A stretch of 64,000 bases of DNA from an uncultured Lentisphaeraceae bacterium. GTDB lineage: Bacteria; Verrucomicrobiota; Kiritimatiellia; RFP12; UBA1067. The position numbers were made by a program, and so were the translations under genes. Shown here piece after piece: positions 29,245-39,200 of the stretch. How positions within the stretch are numbered: the first letter of the stretch is position 1; every line of letters starts with the position of its first letter. Under the pieces are notes generated by a model. It was not told the DNA's origin. It made no database searches and worked only from the letters and a program-made list of their open reading frames with translations. The stretch lies in the NCBI GenBank assembly GCA_964386865.1, contig CAYLUN010000017.1, positions 6,565 to 70,564 of the forward strand. Reading direction: 5' to 3'.

Positions 29245-29320
29245 CTGACTCCTGACTTCTGATCTCCGACCTCTGATCTCCGACCTCTGATCTCCGTCCT
29301 CTGACCTCCGGCCTCCGCCG
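29245..29320. repeat. Heptanucleotide tandem repeat (about 11 copies) forming the spacer/5' leader between the FHA gene stop and the ESCRT-III-like start (provides AGGAG RBS)
   Basis: Tandem 'ctgactc ctgactt ctgatct ccgacct ctgatct ccgacct ctgatct ccgtcct ctgacct ccggcct ccgccg'. Confidence 0.7.
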
Positions 29321-29322
29321 TT

Positions 29323-30927
29323 TCACAGCCCGTACTGCGCAAACGCCCGCACATCGATCGTCTTGCCGCCGAGGGTCACCGGCGAGCCCGGCGTCAGCCA
29401 GCCAGACGAGCCGCCGGAGCGCCACGAGAAAGCCCCTTGCTCATAGCAGATCACCGCGCCCGAGCAGCCGGGGATCACCTCGCCGAGATCGAGGCAGGCC
29501 CACAGGAGCGCGTAGCATTCCGGCACGCTGTCCGTCCTGCGCAGCACGACAGCCGGAACGCGCCCGCGGTGGCAGCTGTGTTCGCCGCGCCCGACGCAGG
29601 CCGCGCAGTGCGACGCGTCAAAGAAGCAGCCGTGAGCCGTCAGGCCGAAGTCGTGCGCCGCCGCCGTGCCTGCAAGCCCGAGCGACGCCCGTCTCGGAAA
29701 GGTGTCGACCGGGAAGCGCGTCGCGCCGTGGACCTCATGGCCCTGCCAGAAGGTTCCGCACGAGGAGGGCTTTCTCCTGCCGCACTCATCTGTCGTGCCG
29801 TCGTGGATCACGCAGTCGCCGCCCTCCAGCTCGATCATGCAGTGGAACTTGCTGATCCGCTCGCCCGTCATTCCCGGCTCTTTCCCTGCGCCGCCGAACA
29901 GGCGCGTGACAACGCCGTTCTCGCGGTTGCGGCCCAAGGTCAGGCGGTGTCCGGCAAGCAGATGCACGAGCCTGCCCCCGTCGCTCAGGGTCAGCCGGCT
30001 GGCCTGGCTCCCGGCAGGCGGCGCCGAGAGCCTCGGCGTAACCGGGACACACTCTTCCTCGAGCAGGGAGACCATGCGGTACGCCCGCTGGTCGGTCTTC
30101 AAGAGATTCAGCAGTTCCGTCAGGGAGTGGGCGGCCCCGTTATGGGCGAACGTGCCCACCACATCCGCCGCATTCTGGGACAGATGCACATCGGCCGCGT
30201 GCCCGGTCCTAATGTCGTTGGTGATGTTGAAAACGATGTTTTCCGCGACCTGCCTGACCGAGCTTTCGGCCGGATAAACATACAGCTCGGTGTTGGCGGC
30301 GCACTTGACCGCGCACCGGTCGTTCTTGAAGCGCAGGCTGAGCCCGACCGCATAAGCCCCCTGCTTCAGCGGGGGGATTGTCACGCTGAACTCGCCCGGC
30401 TTGAAGATCTTCGGCTTTTGCCAGGTCACCGGATGGATCTCCACCCCGGCGACGCCGCGCAGGAACAGCTCCAGGCGGACGTCTTGGATGCTCGCTTCGA
30501 GCGAGGTCAGCCGCACGCGGAACAGGCCGTAGGTCTCGGCAATGCCGAACACCAGAGAGTCCGTTTCAAGCCGCAGCCACGGGCTCTCGTCGGAGCCCTC
30601 CGAGCCGCCCTCAGCCGGCGCGGCCGCCCGCCGGTCGCCGGAGGCGAAGCCGTCCTTCTCGCGGCCGAGCGGCGCGGGGCAAGCGGGGTCTAGGACGATC
30701 ACGCGCGCCGGCCGCTCGGCCTGCGCGTGCATGATGACGCGCACGCCCTCCTGCGGCGCAGGCTCCGGCTCCGGCGCCACCGGACACGGCGGCACAGCAG
30801 GGGCTTTGGTCGCACAGGTCGAGGTGGAGGGCTTTTCCGCTCCGGCCTCCTGCGGAGTCCCGCACGCATTGCAGAAGGCTCCCGCATCGGTCAGCTTGCC
30901 ACATGCTAAACAGGTCACCCGTGCCAT
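29323..30927 (-). CDS. Zinc-ribbon / FHA-domain protein
   Basis: N-terminus 'CLACGKLTDAGAFCNACG' is a zinc ribbon. Central 'HRLTLGRNRENGVVTRLFG...ISKFHCMIELEGGDCVIHDGTTDE' has the FHA pattern (GR...R.H......G...I.D..S.NGT). Confidence 0.75.
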   Translation of the reverse strand: MARVTCLACGKLTDAGAFCNACGTPQEAGAEKPSTSTCATKAPAVPPCPVAPEPEPAPQEGVRVIMHAQAERPARVIVLDPACPAPLGREKDGFASGDRRAAAPAEGGSEGSDESPWLRLETDSLVFGIAETYGLFRVRLTSLEASIQDVRLELFLRGVAGVEIHPVTWQKPKIFKPGEFSVTIPPLKQGAYAVGLSLRFKNDRCAVKCAANTELYVYPAESSVRQVAENIVFNITNDIRTGHAADVHLSQNAADVVGTFAHNGAAHSLTELLNLLKTDQRAYRMVSLLEEECVPVTPRLSAPPAGSQASRLTLSDGGRLVHLLAGHRLTLGRNRENGVVTRLFGGAGKEPGMTGERISKFHCMIELEGGDCVIHDGTTDECGRRKPSSCGTFWQGHEVHGATRFPVDTFPRRASLGLAGTAAAHDFGLTAHGCFFDASHCAACVGRGEHSCHRGRVPAVVLRRTDSVPECYALLWACLDLGEVIPGCSGAVICYEQGAFSWRSGGSSGWLTPGSPVTLGGKTIDVRAFAQYGL

Positions 30928-31165
30928 GGTTTAAGTCCTTTAGGGAGTCAGAAATCGGCCGTCAGAATAGTAACCACGGAGTACGCGAACCGAAGAGCCA
31001 ACGCCCCTTTGACCCGTTCGCCCGCCAGCTCTTCGTGGCCCTCCCCCGCCTGCGAGCGAAACGGCCCTGAACCTGCGGACGCCCTCGCCCCATCAGGGCG
31101 GGCCTGTAAGCGCCGCCCTTCCGTAGCCCGCCGTTGCTGGTCGCACCTGTCCATTCGCCGGCTCC

Positions 31166-32836
31166 TCAATGCACGATCGTTTGCGGCTGGGGCGCCTGCC
31201 GCTTGGCCGCCTCCACCGCCGGCTCGAGCATGGTCTTCGTGATCCGCTCTTGGCGGTCGTTCGCGTCGGCGTACAGCCGCTTCATCTCGGCCAGCAGCGT
31301 CTCCGCGTTTTGCCGCGTGCGGTCGCACATCCGCGACAGCGCCTCGGCCGCAGCCGGGCTGTTCTGAGCCGCCTCAGCCAGGATCTGCTCGGGCGACATC
31401 TTGATGTTTCGCTCCACCATCAACCGCTCGAGCAACTGCCGGCGCACGGCAGGATCCTCCACATCCGCCAGCAGCTGCTCCGTGGTCATGCCCGCGCGCC
31501 GCGTGGCGTCGGCGGCCTTGCGAACCGCTTCCACCTCGTCCTTCTTGGCACGAATGCCGACCGCCCACTCCGCCTCCAGCTTCTCCTGCTGGAACGTCTC
31601 GTTCCGTGCCTTGGCCTGCGCGTTGGCCTGCCGAACCACGAGCTCGAGATTGTAGTCGTCCCATTTGACCCGAACGCCGATCTCGTGCTCGGCCTTCTCA
31701 TTCACGACATCGTGCTGGTGCCGCAGCTCATCCAGCTCGTTCAGATGCGCGTATCCGCGCAACAAGACCGCCCGCTCCTGCTCGCGCTGGGCGTGCGCAA
31801 TGCCGTACTCATGAGCCGTCAGCTCCTCATACTCCAGCAGGTCGCTCTTATCCTTGATCTGCGACATCGCCTCCTTATTCAGGAGCGCGCGGATCGCGGC
31901 CGAATACTCCAGCTCGCGCCGCTTGATGTCCACGTCGCCGAGGCGTTCCGCATACTTCTCGTAGGCTTCGCCCGTAAACTCAGCCGAGGAGACGCGGACG
32001 ACCGTCAAGCCGTACCGGCCGACATCCTCGGCGATCATGCGGGCCATCGTCTCCTGCAGCCGCATCCGGCGCTCGGGGTCGCGCACGAGGTCGTCCAGCG
32101 TGGAGGTCACGCACATCGCGTCAACCGCCGCCCGGATCACCCCCTGCAGCGTCTCCGAAAGGTCCTTGTACGCCAGGTTGCGCCGATCCTTGAGCCCATT
32201 CTCCAGCAAGGCCAGCGCGGCGGCCTTGTCGTTGCCGAAGCGCAGGAGCACTTCGCCGTAGAACTCGATCGGGTGGTGCTCCGACGTGCGCAGCCCCTCC
32301 ACGCGCAGAGGCAGCGCCAAGTCGCCGACGTCAACCATCACCGCTGACCGCGGCGGCGGGTTGCCGAACCAGTTGATCCGGCGCGCCAAGCTGTCCGGAT
32401 TGTGCCGGCCGCTCTCGAGGATGCCGTGGATGTGGCCGCCGTCCATCACAACGGCAACCGTGCCCTCCTGCACCTGCAAATCGTCCTGCAGGAGGCGCTT
32501 GATGTCGCCGATCTCGAACCGCTGCGCGAAAAGGCCCACGTCCTTGCGCCAGATGCCGCCAGCCATGACCGCGCGGTCCTCCGGGTAGAGAGGCGTGTTG
32601 CAGTGCGAGCAGAACTGCGCGTCGTTCCCGATCCACCGCTTGCAGGAGGGGCATTTCCACCACCCCCCCGGCGCGGGCGAGCCACAGACGTTGCAAAAAC
32701 GCGCGGTCTTGCGCACGGAGTTGCCGCAGCGCGGCCACTTCGCCTCCTGTTTCGCCTGCGCCAGGGCTGCGCCGCCCAACGCCCGCCCCGTCTGGGGGTC
32801 GATCAACGCGTCACACCGATCATGGAATATGCCCAT
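31166..32836 (-). CDS. Flotillin-like SPFH/Band-7 domain protein with N-terminal double zinc ribbon
   Basis: N-terminus 'CGNSVRKTARFCNVCG...CPSCKRWIGNDAQFCSHCN' is a double zinc ribbon. SPFH core 'VAVVMDGGHIHGILESG...VMVDVGDLALPLRVEGLRTSEHHPIEFYGEVLLRF'. Long E/A/R-rich coiled coil typical of flotillins. Confidence 0.8.
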   Translation of the reverse strand: MGIFHDRCDALIDPQTGRALGGAALAQAKQEAKWPRCGNSVRKTARFCNVCGSPAPGGWWKCPSCKRWIGNDAQFCSHCNTPLYPEDRAVMAGGIWRKDVGLFAQRFEIGDIKRLLQDDLQVQEGTVAVVMDGGHIHGILESGRHNPDSLARRINWFGNPPPRSAVMVDVGDLALPLRVEGLRTSEHHPIEFYGEVLLRFGNDKAAALALLENGLKDRRNLAYKDLSETLQGVIRAAVDAMCVTSTLDDLVRDPERRMRLQETMARMIAEDVGRYGLTVVRVSSAEFTGEAYEKYAERLGDVDIKRRELEYSAAIRALLNKEAMSQIKDKSDLLEYEELTAHEYGIAHAQREQERAVLLRGYAHLNELDELRHQHDVVNEKAEHEIGVRVKWDDYNLELVVRQANAQAKARNETFQQEKLEAEWAVGIRAKKDEVEAVRKAADATRRAGMTTEQLLADVEDPAVRRQLLERLMVERNIKMSPEQILAEAAQNSPAAAEALSRMCDRTRQNAETLLAEMKRLYADANDRQERITKTMLEPAVEAAKRQAPQPQTIVH

Positions 32837-32948
32837 CGTCCACCTCGCTTGTTGTCGATTTAAGCTTGCTACAGAATACCTTACCCTATCCCTTTATGCA
32901 CGTACAAACATATACACGTTGCACGCGCAAGGATCACCCACATTCCGA

Positions 32949-33323
32949 TTACTTGCCCCTCGTGGCGAGCCCGGCCGAGCCATTGGCTCCCGCTTCCGGC
33001 CCCTTATGCTCCCTGCAGACCCTGACACCTTGCCGCGCCCAGCAATCGAAGCACACCGGCGCGCCGCAAACCGTGCAAGCCTGCTGTAGAGACCCCTTGC
33101 TGCGGTAGAACGTGCCACAGGTCGCGCAGGTTCCGCCCTCGGGCGACATCTGCTTGCTGCGCTCCAGATACGCGTTCAGATCCGTCCGGGAGACCCGGTA
33201 CAGCTTGCCCAGCCGCGCGGCGGGCAGTTCGCCCGCACGCACCATGCGGTAGATGAGCTGGTAGGTCACTCCCATCTCGTCCGCAACCTCTTCCAAGCTC
33301 AAGTGCTCTTTATCCGTCGGCAT
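32949..33323 (-). CDS. Excisionase-family HTH DNA-binding protein with C-terminal zinc ribbon
   Basis: 'LSLEEVADEMGVTYQLIYRMVRAGELPAARLGKLYRVSRTDLNAYLE' (HTH_17/excisionase-type). C-terminus 'CATCG...CTVCGAPVCFDCW...C' is a zinc ribbon. Preceded by promoter copy 2. Confidence 0.7.
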   Translation of the reverse strand: MPTDKEHLSLEEVADEMGVTYQLIYRMVRAGELPAARLGKLYRVSRTDLNAYLERSKQMSPEGGTCATCGTFYRSKGSLQQACTVCGAPVCFDCWARQGVRVCREHKGPEAGANGSAGLATRGK

Positions 33324-33332
33324 AGCCTACTC

Positions 33333-33395
33333 CTTCCCTTAAAACGCCGCTATTTTACGTTTTGTTTACTTCTGTTGTCAACTGCTATTTTTAAA
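33333..33395 (-). promoter_or_regulatory. Conserved promoter element, copy 2 (minus-strand TTGACA-N18-TAAAAT; -35 at 33376-33381, -10 at 33352-33357)
   Basis: Near-identical to 19884-19945. RBS-like 'AAGGGAAGGAG' then the ATG at 33323. Confidence 0.55.
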
Positions 33396-33599
33396 ACATT
33401 ATTCATGCGTCTCTATTACTCCTGTTCTTGATCGTGTAGCTTCCCAATGCGGGCGCAGCCCGCAACCCTAACCCCGACACACTCCCAACGGGCGAGCGAG
33501 TAAACACCGTGCTTTTTATTGTCCCTGTTGAGCCGTAAGGCACTTCTCGCGGCCGCGTGCAGACTCAGCTCTTGTCAGCCCTTACTACGTTTAGTACTG

Positions 33600-35531
33600 T
33601 TACCCTAAATGAAAATGCCGGTTTTCATCATCAGGCTGGCCTTCGCAAGCGTGTACGTGGCTGCGCCGGTTGCGCGGGCCACGACGCTCTCCGACCCGGC
33701 CGTGGATGCCTATAACTGTCGCATGGCGACCCAATGTATTGGCCCCAGGTATCACTTCACCGGCGACACCAGCCTGCTGGAGGGCGCGAAGGTCTTGTCC
33801 GATTACGGAACCAAGACGGCAAGCTACTGGCTGTATAGCTATTACTGGAATGCCGCCAAGCTCGAGGTGCTGGGCTTCAAGCAACGCCACGGGAGATTGC
33901 CTACGGACGCGGAGTTTGCCGCCCTCGCCCATTCGCTGCTCGACACGGGCGCGACCCTTGAGGCCCCCGTGAGCCTGACCCTGACGGCAGGCCCTCCCGC
34001 GCTGCCCCGCCTCGCCTCCGCCACACTCAACGGCTCGCTGAAACAAGGCGTCTACGGCGATGCTCTGGCTCATGTGACGGTCTATTGGGGAGCCCGGGAC
34101 GGCGGAACCAATCGCCAGGGGTGGGCCCATGCCGTTCCGCTGGGAACGAACACGCTTGTCGGCACGGTCGCCTACGCCCCGCTCGTGTCCTCGCTGCCGG
34201 CTGAATACTACTATCGCTACTACGCGGCCAACACGAGCGGCGAGGCCTGGTCGCCAGAAACGGTGCATGTCGACCTCCGCGTGAATCCGCCGGACTACGG
34301 CCACCGGATGAAAGTGACCTTCAGCGGCTACAGCCGGGCCGAGACGCTCGAGAACTTTCCTGTGCTGGTTAGCCTCAGCACGAACCAGCCCGGTTTTTCG
34401 TATTCGCAGTTCGCCTCCACGGGCGGAGGTGATTTGCGTTTCACGGATGCGGGCGGAACGGCCATGCTGCCCCATGAGATTGATGAATGGAACACCAACG
34501 GCACCTCCTCTGCCTGGGTATCCTTACCCGCGCTATCGGCCTCGAGCGACTTCATCTGGGCCTATTGGGGAAACGCAGCGGCCACCGCCCCTCCGCCCTG
34601 GAGCACGAACGGCGCCGTGTGGTCGCCCGGCTGCGAGCTGGTCTGGCATTTGAAGGAGACGACATTCCCTTACGCGGACAGCGCGCGGCGGCATCCCGCG
34701 ATCTCGGGCATTGCGCCGACGACCGCCGCAGGCGTGGTGGGCAGAGGCTGCGGCCTCAGCAGCGGCGCCAAGCAGCATCTGACGCCGGGAGCCGTCAGCC
34801 TCGGCGGCGTCTTCACCCTGAGCGCGTGGGTGAATGTGGATCCGAGCGCCACGAGCATACGGACCGTCTGGGCAAACAAGACCGACAGCGCCGGCACAGG
34901 CTTCGCCTTCTACGTGAACAACTACAGCAGCTCTGGCAAAGCGGACAGGAGCCTTGTCTTTGAGACGGGCAACGGAACCGCGTTCACCAAGGCCTATACC
35001 GCCACGAATGCGGTCAGCTCCGGCCACTGGCATCTCGTAAGCGCCGTGGTTGACCGTCTGTCTGGGACGGCGCGCCTGTATGTGGATGGCACGGACTGCA
35101 CCGCCGGCGGCAGCGTTCTGAGCGATTTCGCCATCCAAGCCGCCATTGACCTGGGCTGTTTCGCCAACACGAATTACCCCTTCAAGGGCTCGATGGACGA
35201 GGTTCGCATCGAGCCTCTCGCACGTTCCCCAAACTGGATCTGGGCCAGCTGGATGACCGTGGCGTCCAACACGACGTTCGCCACCTACGCAGTCCTCGAT
35301 GGCGCGCTGAAGATCACCGACCTGTTCGCTGAAAGCGGCGGCGCCCTTCGGTTTGGGGGGTCCGGACTACCCCTGCAGGCGTATGTACTGGAGGCGGCCA
35401 CCAGCCTCGTGCCGCCGGTCGTCTGGTCGCCCCTCGTGACCAACACGGCCGACAGCGAAGGCGTGTTCGGCTTTTCCGATCCGCAAGCGACAAACTTTCT
35501 CCAGCGCTTCTACCGCATCACCATCCCCTGA
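33600..35531 (+). CDS. Secreted DUF2341 / LamG (concanavalin-like) domain protein
   Basis: Signal peptide 'MKMPVFIIRLAFASVYVAAPVARA'. 'RMKVTFSGYSRAETLENFPVLVSLS...GGDLRFTDAGGT...LPHEIDEWN...SSAWV' is DUF2341-like. 'LSAWVNVD...GSMDEVRIE' is LamG-like. Confidence 0.7.
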
Positions 35532-36178
35532 CACAGCGCCTGCGGGAGCGCGTTCCCGGTGCGCGCGAAGCGCACCACGGCAAACGACTTCCCTGAGTCC
35601 AGTTGAATCACGCGCTGCTCGATCAGGGCCAACGCCTTCCGCTCGCACAGTTCAGCCAAGCGGCCGGGGCCGACATACTGGAAGAAGCCGATGACGCGCG
35701 CCAGCGACTGGGCGTGCGGCGAAGGGCTCACCGTCGAAAGGCCCGCGGCCGGAAGCTGCAGGAGGGCGCAGAACAGGCCTTTCGGGGCAAGCAGGAGCGA
35801 GACAGACTCGACCGCCTCCTCGAGCCGCGTAAACTCGAAGATCAGCCCGCCGAAGACCAGATCGACCGGCGTGTGCGAGCGGAAGCCTTCGACCTCGCTT
35901 GCGTGGCACTCCAAGCCGGGTATTTCGCGGCGGTAGCGCCGCTCCAGAACCTCGAGGTACGCGGCGTTGATGTCCACGCAGACCACGCGCTCAACGTCCG
36001 CGCCGCGCAAGGCATCCAGGCCGTTTCCACCCGCGCAGCCAAGCAAGGCCACCGATTTGGGGCGCGTCGCGGCAATCGCTTTGCCGAACTCCTCCGCGAG
36101 CATGGCGGCTTGCCCAACGGCGGGGAACGCCATGTGCCCCTCATAGTCATTCAGCGGTATTTCCGTCCACGGGTTCAT
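35510..36178 (-). CDS. Class I SAM-dependent methyltransferase
   Basis: 'VALLGCAGGNGLD' (motif I) and 'VVCVDIN' (motif II). Start at 'MNPWTEI' to avoid overlap with the upstream gene. Confidence 0.7.
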   Translation of the reverse strand: MNPWTEIPLNDYEGHMAFPAVGQAAMLAEEFGKAIAATRPKSVALLGCAGGNGLDALRGADVERVVCVDINAAYLEVLERRYRREIPGLECHASEVEGFRSHTPVDLVFGGLIFEFTRLEEAVESVSLLLAPKGLFCALLQLPAAGLSTVSPSPHAQSLARVIGFFQYVGPGRLAELCERKALALIEQRVIQLDSGKSFAVVRFARTGNALPQALCQGMVMR

Positions 36179-36248
36179 CGTTCTCAACAGCCTCACGCGG
36201 GCCGGGCCCGCCACCCACCAGCTCCCCTGTTTCTGACGCGGGGCGCCC

Positions 36249-39200
36249 TCAGAACACAAACGCGTAGGTTCCCGCGACGGCCCGCACGCGCACGCAGCCA
36301 CCGCCCTCGCCCAGCAGTTCCAGCCCGGCGGCCGCAGCGAGCGGCTGGCCGCCCTCCTTCACGCCGGCGGATGCGGCCGCCGGCAGCCGGATAACCGCGC
36401 GCGTGTTGGGCGGAACCGTCACGCGAAGATGACACAGGCCCGCCTCCTTCTTCCAGTCGGAGACGATCTCGCCGTACATCGACCGGTACGAAGCCTTGGC
36501 CCACGTGAGCCCCTCGCCGAGCACCGGCGCGACCGCAAAACTCTGGTAGCCCGGCTCCAGCGGAAAGATGCCGCCCACGCACTCGAAGAGGTACTGCCCG
36601 CACGAGCCGAAGGCGTAGTGGTTGAAGGAGTTCATGTTCGGGTCTTGGAACCCCTTGTCCGGACGCCAGCCGTCCCAGCGCTCCCAGATCGTCGTCGCGC
36701 CGAGCGTTACCGGATAGAGCCACGAGGGATACTCGCGCCGCAGGAGCATGCGGTAGGCCTCGGCGTCCAGGCCCGCCGCATGGAGCCCGGCCAGCAGCCG
36801 CGGCGTGCCGATGAAGCCCGTCGCGACGCAGTCCTTGAAGCGCTCGACCTCGCCCCGGAATTTCGCGGCCGCCTTCTCGCGCAGGGCGTCGGGGACGAGC
36901 CCCATGGTGAAGGCCAGCGCATAGCCCGTCTGGCTGCTCTCAAGGAGCGAGCCGTCCTCCTTGAAGAACGCCTTCTGGAACGCCTCGCGGGCGTCGCGCG
37001 CCATCGCGCCGAACCGCGCCGCGTCGTCGCCCCTGCCGGTCACCCGCGCCATCTCGGCCATGAGGTCGCAGAGATAGACCTGGTAAGCCGTGCCGCACAC
37101 CTCGCCCTTCGCGCCGCCGCCGACGTTGAGCCAGTCGCCGTAAGCGCCTGCGCCGCGGATGTGGTTTGTGCAGGACGCCGTGAGCGTCATCACGTGCTTT
37201 CGCATCTGCGCGTAATGCGCCTCGATCACGCGCGTGTCGCCGTAGGTCCGGTAGAGCACATACGGGCACACCACGCCCGCGTCGCCCCAGCCGGTGTTGC
37301 CCGCCTTCATCTTGCCGTAGTAGGGGGCGAGGTCGGCGAAGCCCTTGCCCTCGACGAACGAGTCCTGGCACAGGTCGACGAGCCACTTGCTGAAGAAGGC
37401 CGCGACGTCGAAGTTGTAGACCGCCGCGGGCATGAAAAACTGCGCGTCTCCGGTCCAGCCCGCGCGCTCGTCGCGCTGCGGGCAGTCGGTCGGTATGCCC
37501 ATCATGTTGCCGCGCTGCGACCACTGGATGTTCTGCGCGAGCCGCGTCACGAGCGGGTCTGAACAGGCGAAGCTGCCCGTCTGCGCGAAGGCAGTGTGGA
37601 ACACGCGCCCGGTCAGGAGCGAGGCGTCCGGCTTGGCCTTGAGCCCCGTTACCTCGGCGTAGCGGAACCCGTGGTAGGTAAAGTGCGGCTCATAGGTTTC
37701 GACCTTGCCGCCGCGCAGCGTGTAGCGGTCGATCTGGCTCTGCGCGCGGCCCAGCTTGCCCGCGTGGAGGTTCTCGCGGTAGACCGTGCCGTCGGGGTTC
37801 AGCATCTCGTTGTGGAAGACCTCCACCGTCAGGCCAGCCTCGCCCTGCACCTTGAGGCGCGTCCACCCCACCATATTCTGCCCGAAGTCAAAGACATACA
37901 CGCCGGGCTTCGGCTCGGTCACCGCCACCGGCTCCAGCTCCTGCGTCACGCGGATGGGCTCGCTGCGCTGCCACACCAGCGCGCCGGCCTTCACGGCGCG
38001 GTCAATCAGCGCGGGCTGCCAGCGCGCGTCGGGCGCGAACGCCGGCGCATCCCAGCCGTCCAGCTCCCTGCGCGCGTCGTAGGTCTCGCCCTCGTAGATG
38101 CCGGAGAAGCGGAGCGGCCCGTCGATTGTCGCCAGCCAGTTTTCGTCGGTCGCCACAGTCTGCCGCGGGCCGTCCGCGAACTCGAGCTCCAGCTGCGCCT
38201 TGAAGCGCGGCTCATGTCCGTACAGGCAGATCTCGGGCGGCCAGCACTGCACGGTGCCGCAGTACCAGCCGTTGCCGAGGGTCGCGCCCAGCACGTTCGC
38301 GCCGGCCTGCACCAGCGCCAGCACGTCGTACGCCTGCACCTGCACGCGCTTGTCGTAGGCGGTCCACTCAGGCGTCAGCAGCGCGTCGCCCACGCGCCGG
38401 CCGTTGAGCCGCAGTTCGTAGAGGCCCAGCGCCGTGGCGTAGAGCGTGGCGCGGACGGGCCTGGCAGCCACCGCGAATTCGCGCCGGAGGCAGCGCGGCG
38501 TCTGGAGGCGCTTGGCGCGCGGCGCCTCAGCCCGCTCGTCGGCCGGTGCCGTGACGAACTGGTTCTCCGGCGCGCGGGCCGTCTGCCGCTTGCCGTCCAG
38601 TTCGTACTCGACCACAAGCTCCTTGCCGCCGCCCACCGCCGGGTCGCCGAAGAGCCCGTTGCTCGCCTGCACGAGGAGCTCGCCGCCTTTGGCCAAGACG
38701 AGCCCGCGCACCTTCTCGGTCACGTCGACGGTGCGCTGGTCGCCGTGCGAGCCGTAGGTCGCCCTGATGACCGTCAGCCTGCGCGGAGGGGGCGGCGGCG
38801 CGCCCTGCGGGTCTGGCTCATCGACCCTCAGCCACTCCGCCTGCCAGTCCGCCACGTGCAGGAGCCCCATGGCCCAGAGGGCGGGTTCGCTCCACGGCGT
38901 CTCTCGTCCGTCCCGGCCCCACGCCCGCACTTTCCAGTGGCACCGGTCGCGGGCGGCCAGCGGCCGCCCCCCGTAAACGATCTGGATGCTTCTCGCCGAG
39001 CGGACGCGCCCCGAGTCCCAGAGGTCGGCCTCGCCGCGGGCCAGCCGCTCCGGCGACGACGCCACGAGGATCTGATAGGCCGTCTGGGCCGCGCCCCGGC
39101 CGCCCGTGTCATCCGTCATGGCCCACGATAGCCGCGGCTCGCGCTCGCCGATGCCGAGCGGGTTCACCCGATATTCGCATCGCAGATTATCAAGCGTCGC

